Part shown: positions 63,453 to 64,000 of the stretch, in pieces
How positions within the stretch are numbered: position 1 is the first letter of the stretch
Layout of the letters: each line of letters opens with the position of its first letter
Origin: a virus
Lineage: Duplodnaviria; Caudoviricetes
IMG/VR virus record: IMGVR_UViG_3300032040_000005
Location: 1 to 64,000 of that record
Strand: one strand, 5' to 3'
DNA length: 64,000 nucleotides
Made by a program: the position numbers and the translations under genes
Notes under the pieces: model-generated
What the model saw: the letters and a program-made list of their open reading frames with translations, nothing else
The model's database searches: none
What the model was told of the DNA's origin: nothing

Positions 63453-64000
63453 ATGACAACAGTAACATCACCCAATAACCTATCAACCGGTAAAGATATG
63501 CTGGCTGATTCCAAGTTCTATATGGGTTATTCACGGTTTATTACTGACGAAGACCGTTACGAAACATGGACAGAATCCGTTACCCGTGTCATGGACATGC
63601 ACCGTGATAAATACAAGCATCTTATGACGCCTGAACTGGAAGTGATGATCCAGTTTGCCCAGGATGCTTACACAGACAGCAGTGTGTTGGGTGCCCAGCG
63701 TGCTCTGCAATTTGGTGGACCTCAGATCTTCCAACACGAAGCCAGGCTTTATAATTGTTCAGCGGCACACTTGGATCGTCCCGAGTTCTTCCAAGAAGCC
63801 ATGTACCTACTGCTCTGTGGTTGTGGCGTAGGCTTCTCAGTGCAGAAGCACCACGTTGCCAAGCTGCCAGACTTCGCCCCACGCAAAGAGGATGCTGCAC
63901 GTCTGCACGTCATCGACGACAGCATTGAGGGATGGTCAAACGCCTTTGGTGTCATGATCTCCAGCTTCATCCCCGAGGGTGAGCACGCCCCTTTCCCAGA
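63453..64000 (+). CDS. ribonucleotide reductase large subunit (partial, runs off the window)
   Basis: Read manually: ADSKFYMGYSR...RYETWTESVTRVMDMH...GAQRALQFGG...LYNC...LLCGCGVGFSV...DSIEGW. Confidence 0.85.
   Translation, partial: MTTVTSPNNLSTGKDMLADSKFYMGYSRFITDEDRYETWTESVTRVMDMHRDKYKHLMTPELEVMIQFAQDAYTDSSVLGAQRALQFGGPQIFQHEARLYNCSAAHLDRPEFFQEAMYLLLCGCGVGFSVQKHHVAKLPDFAPRKEDAARLHVIDDSIEGWSNAFGVMISSFIPEGEHAPFP

Noticed and set aside
1-64000. Integrated prophage with host flanks
   Set aside because: No housekeeping host genes; int and the att-like region are internal with phage genes on both sides.

Overview
The whole window is phage DNA from an N4-like podovirus (Schitoviridae); no host genes were seen. 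Hallmarks present: a 3698-aa virion RNA polymerase, the N4 gp51-59-type virion/capsid/portal block, terminase, a two-subunit T7-like RNAP II, a gp2-like ssDNA-binding activator, the AAA/VWA pair, a Dda-like helicase and a family A DNA polymerase. The likely physical genome end sits mid-window (~29.1-29.7 kb), so the contig is permuted or read through the terminal repeat. Three things are unusual for this normally lytic family. (1) There is a P4-type tyrosine integrase, a convergent excisionase-like gene and an intact attP-like region, which points to a temperate life cycle. (2) There is a diversity-generating retroelement: RT, a template repeat (55880-55995) and a variable repeat (56071-56186) at the C-terminus of a 1212-aa tail fibre. 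All 22 TR/VR mismatches fall on TR adenines, and there is no avd gene. (3) A second receptor-binding module resembles T5 pb5. Also seen: two paralogous Ala-start LAGLIDADG inteins in the terminase; a four-copy hairpin motif with covarying arms at N4 early-promoter positions; a ~360-nt structured non-coding region after the holin; a Tyr-to-Phe change in vRNAP motif B; and a small alarmone-hydrolase-like HD gene inserted between the gp24/gp25 homologues. All family assignments come from motifs and gene order recognised by eye, not from database searches.
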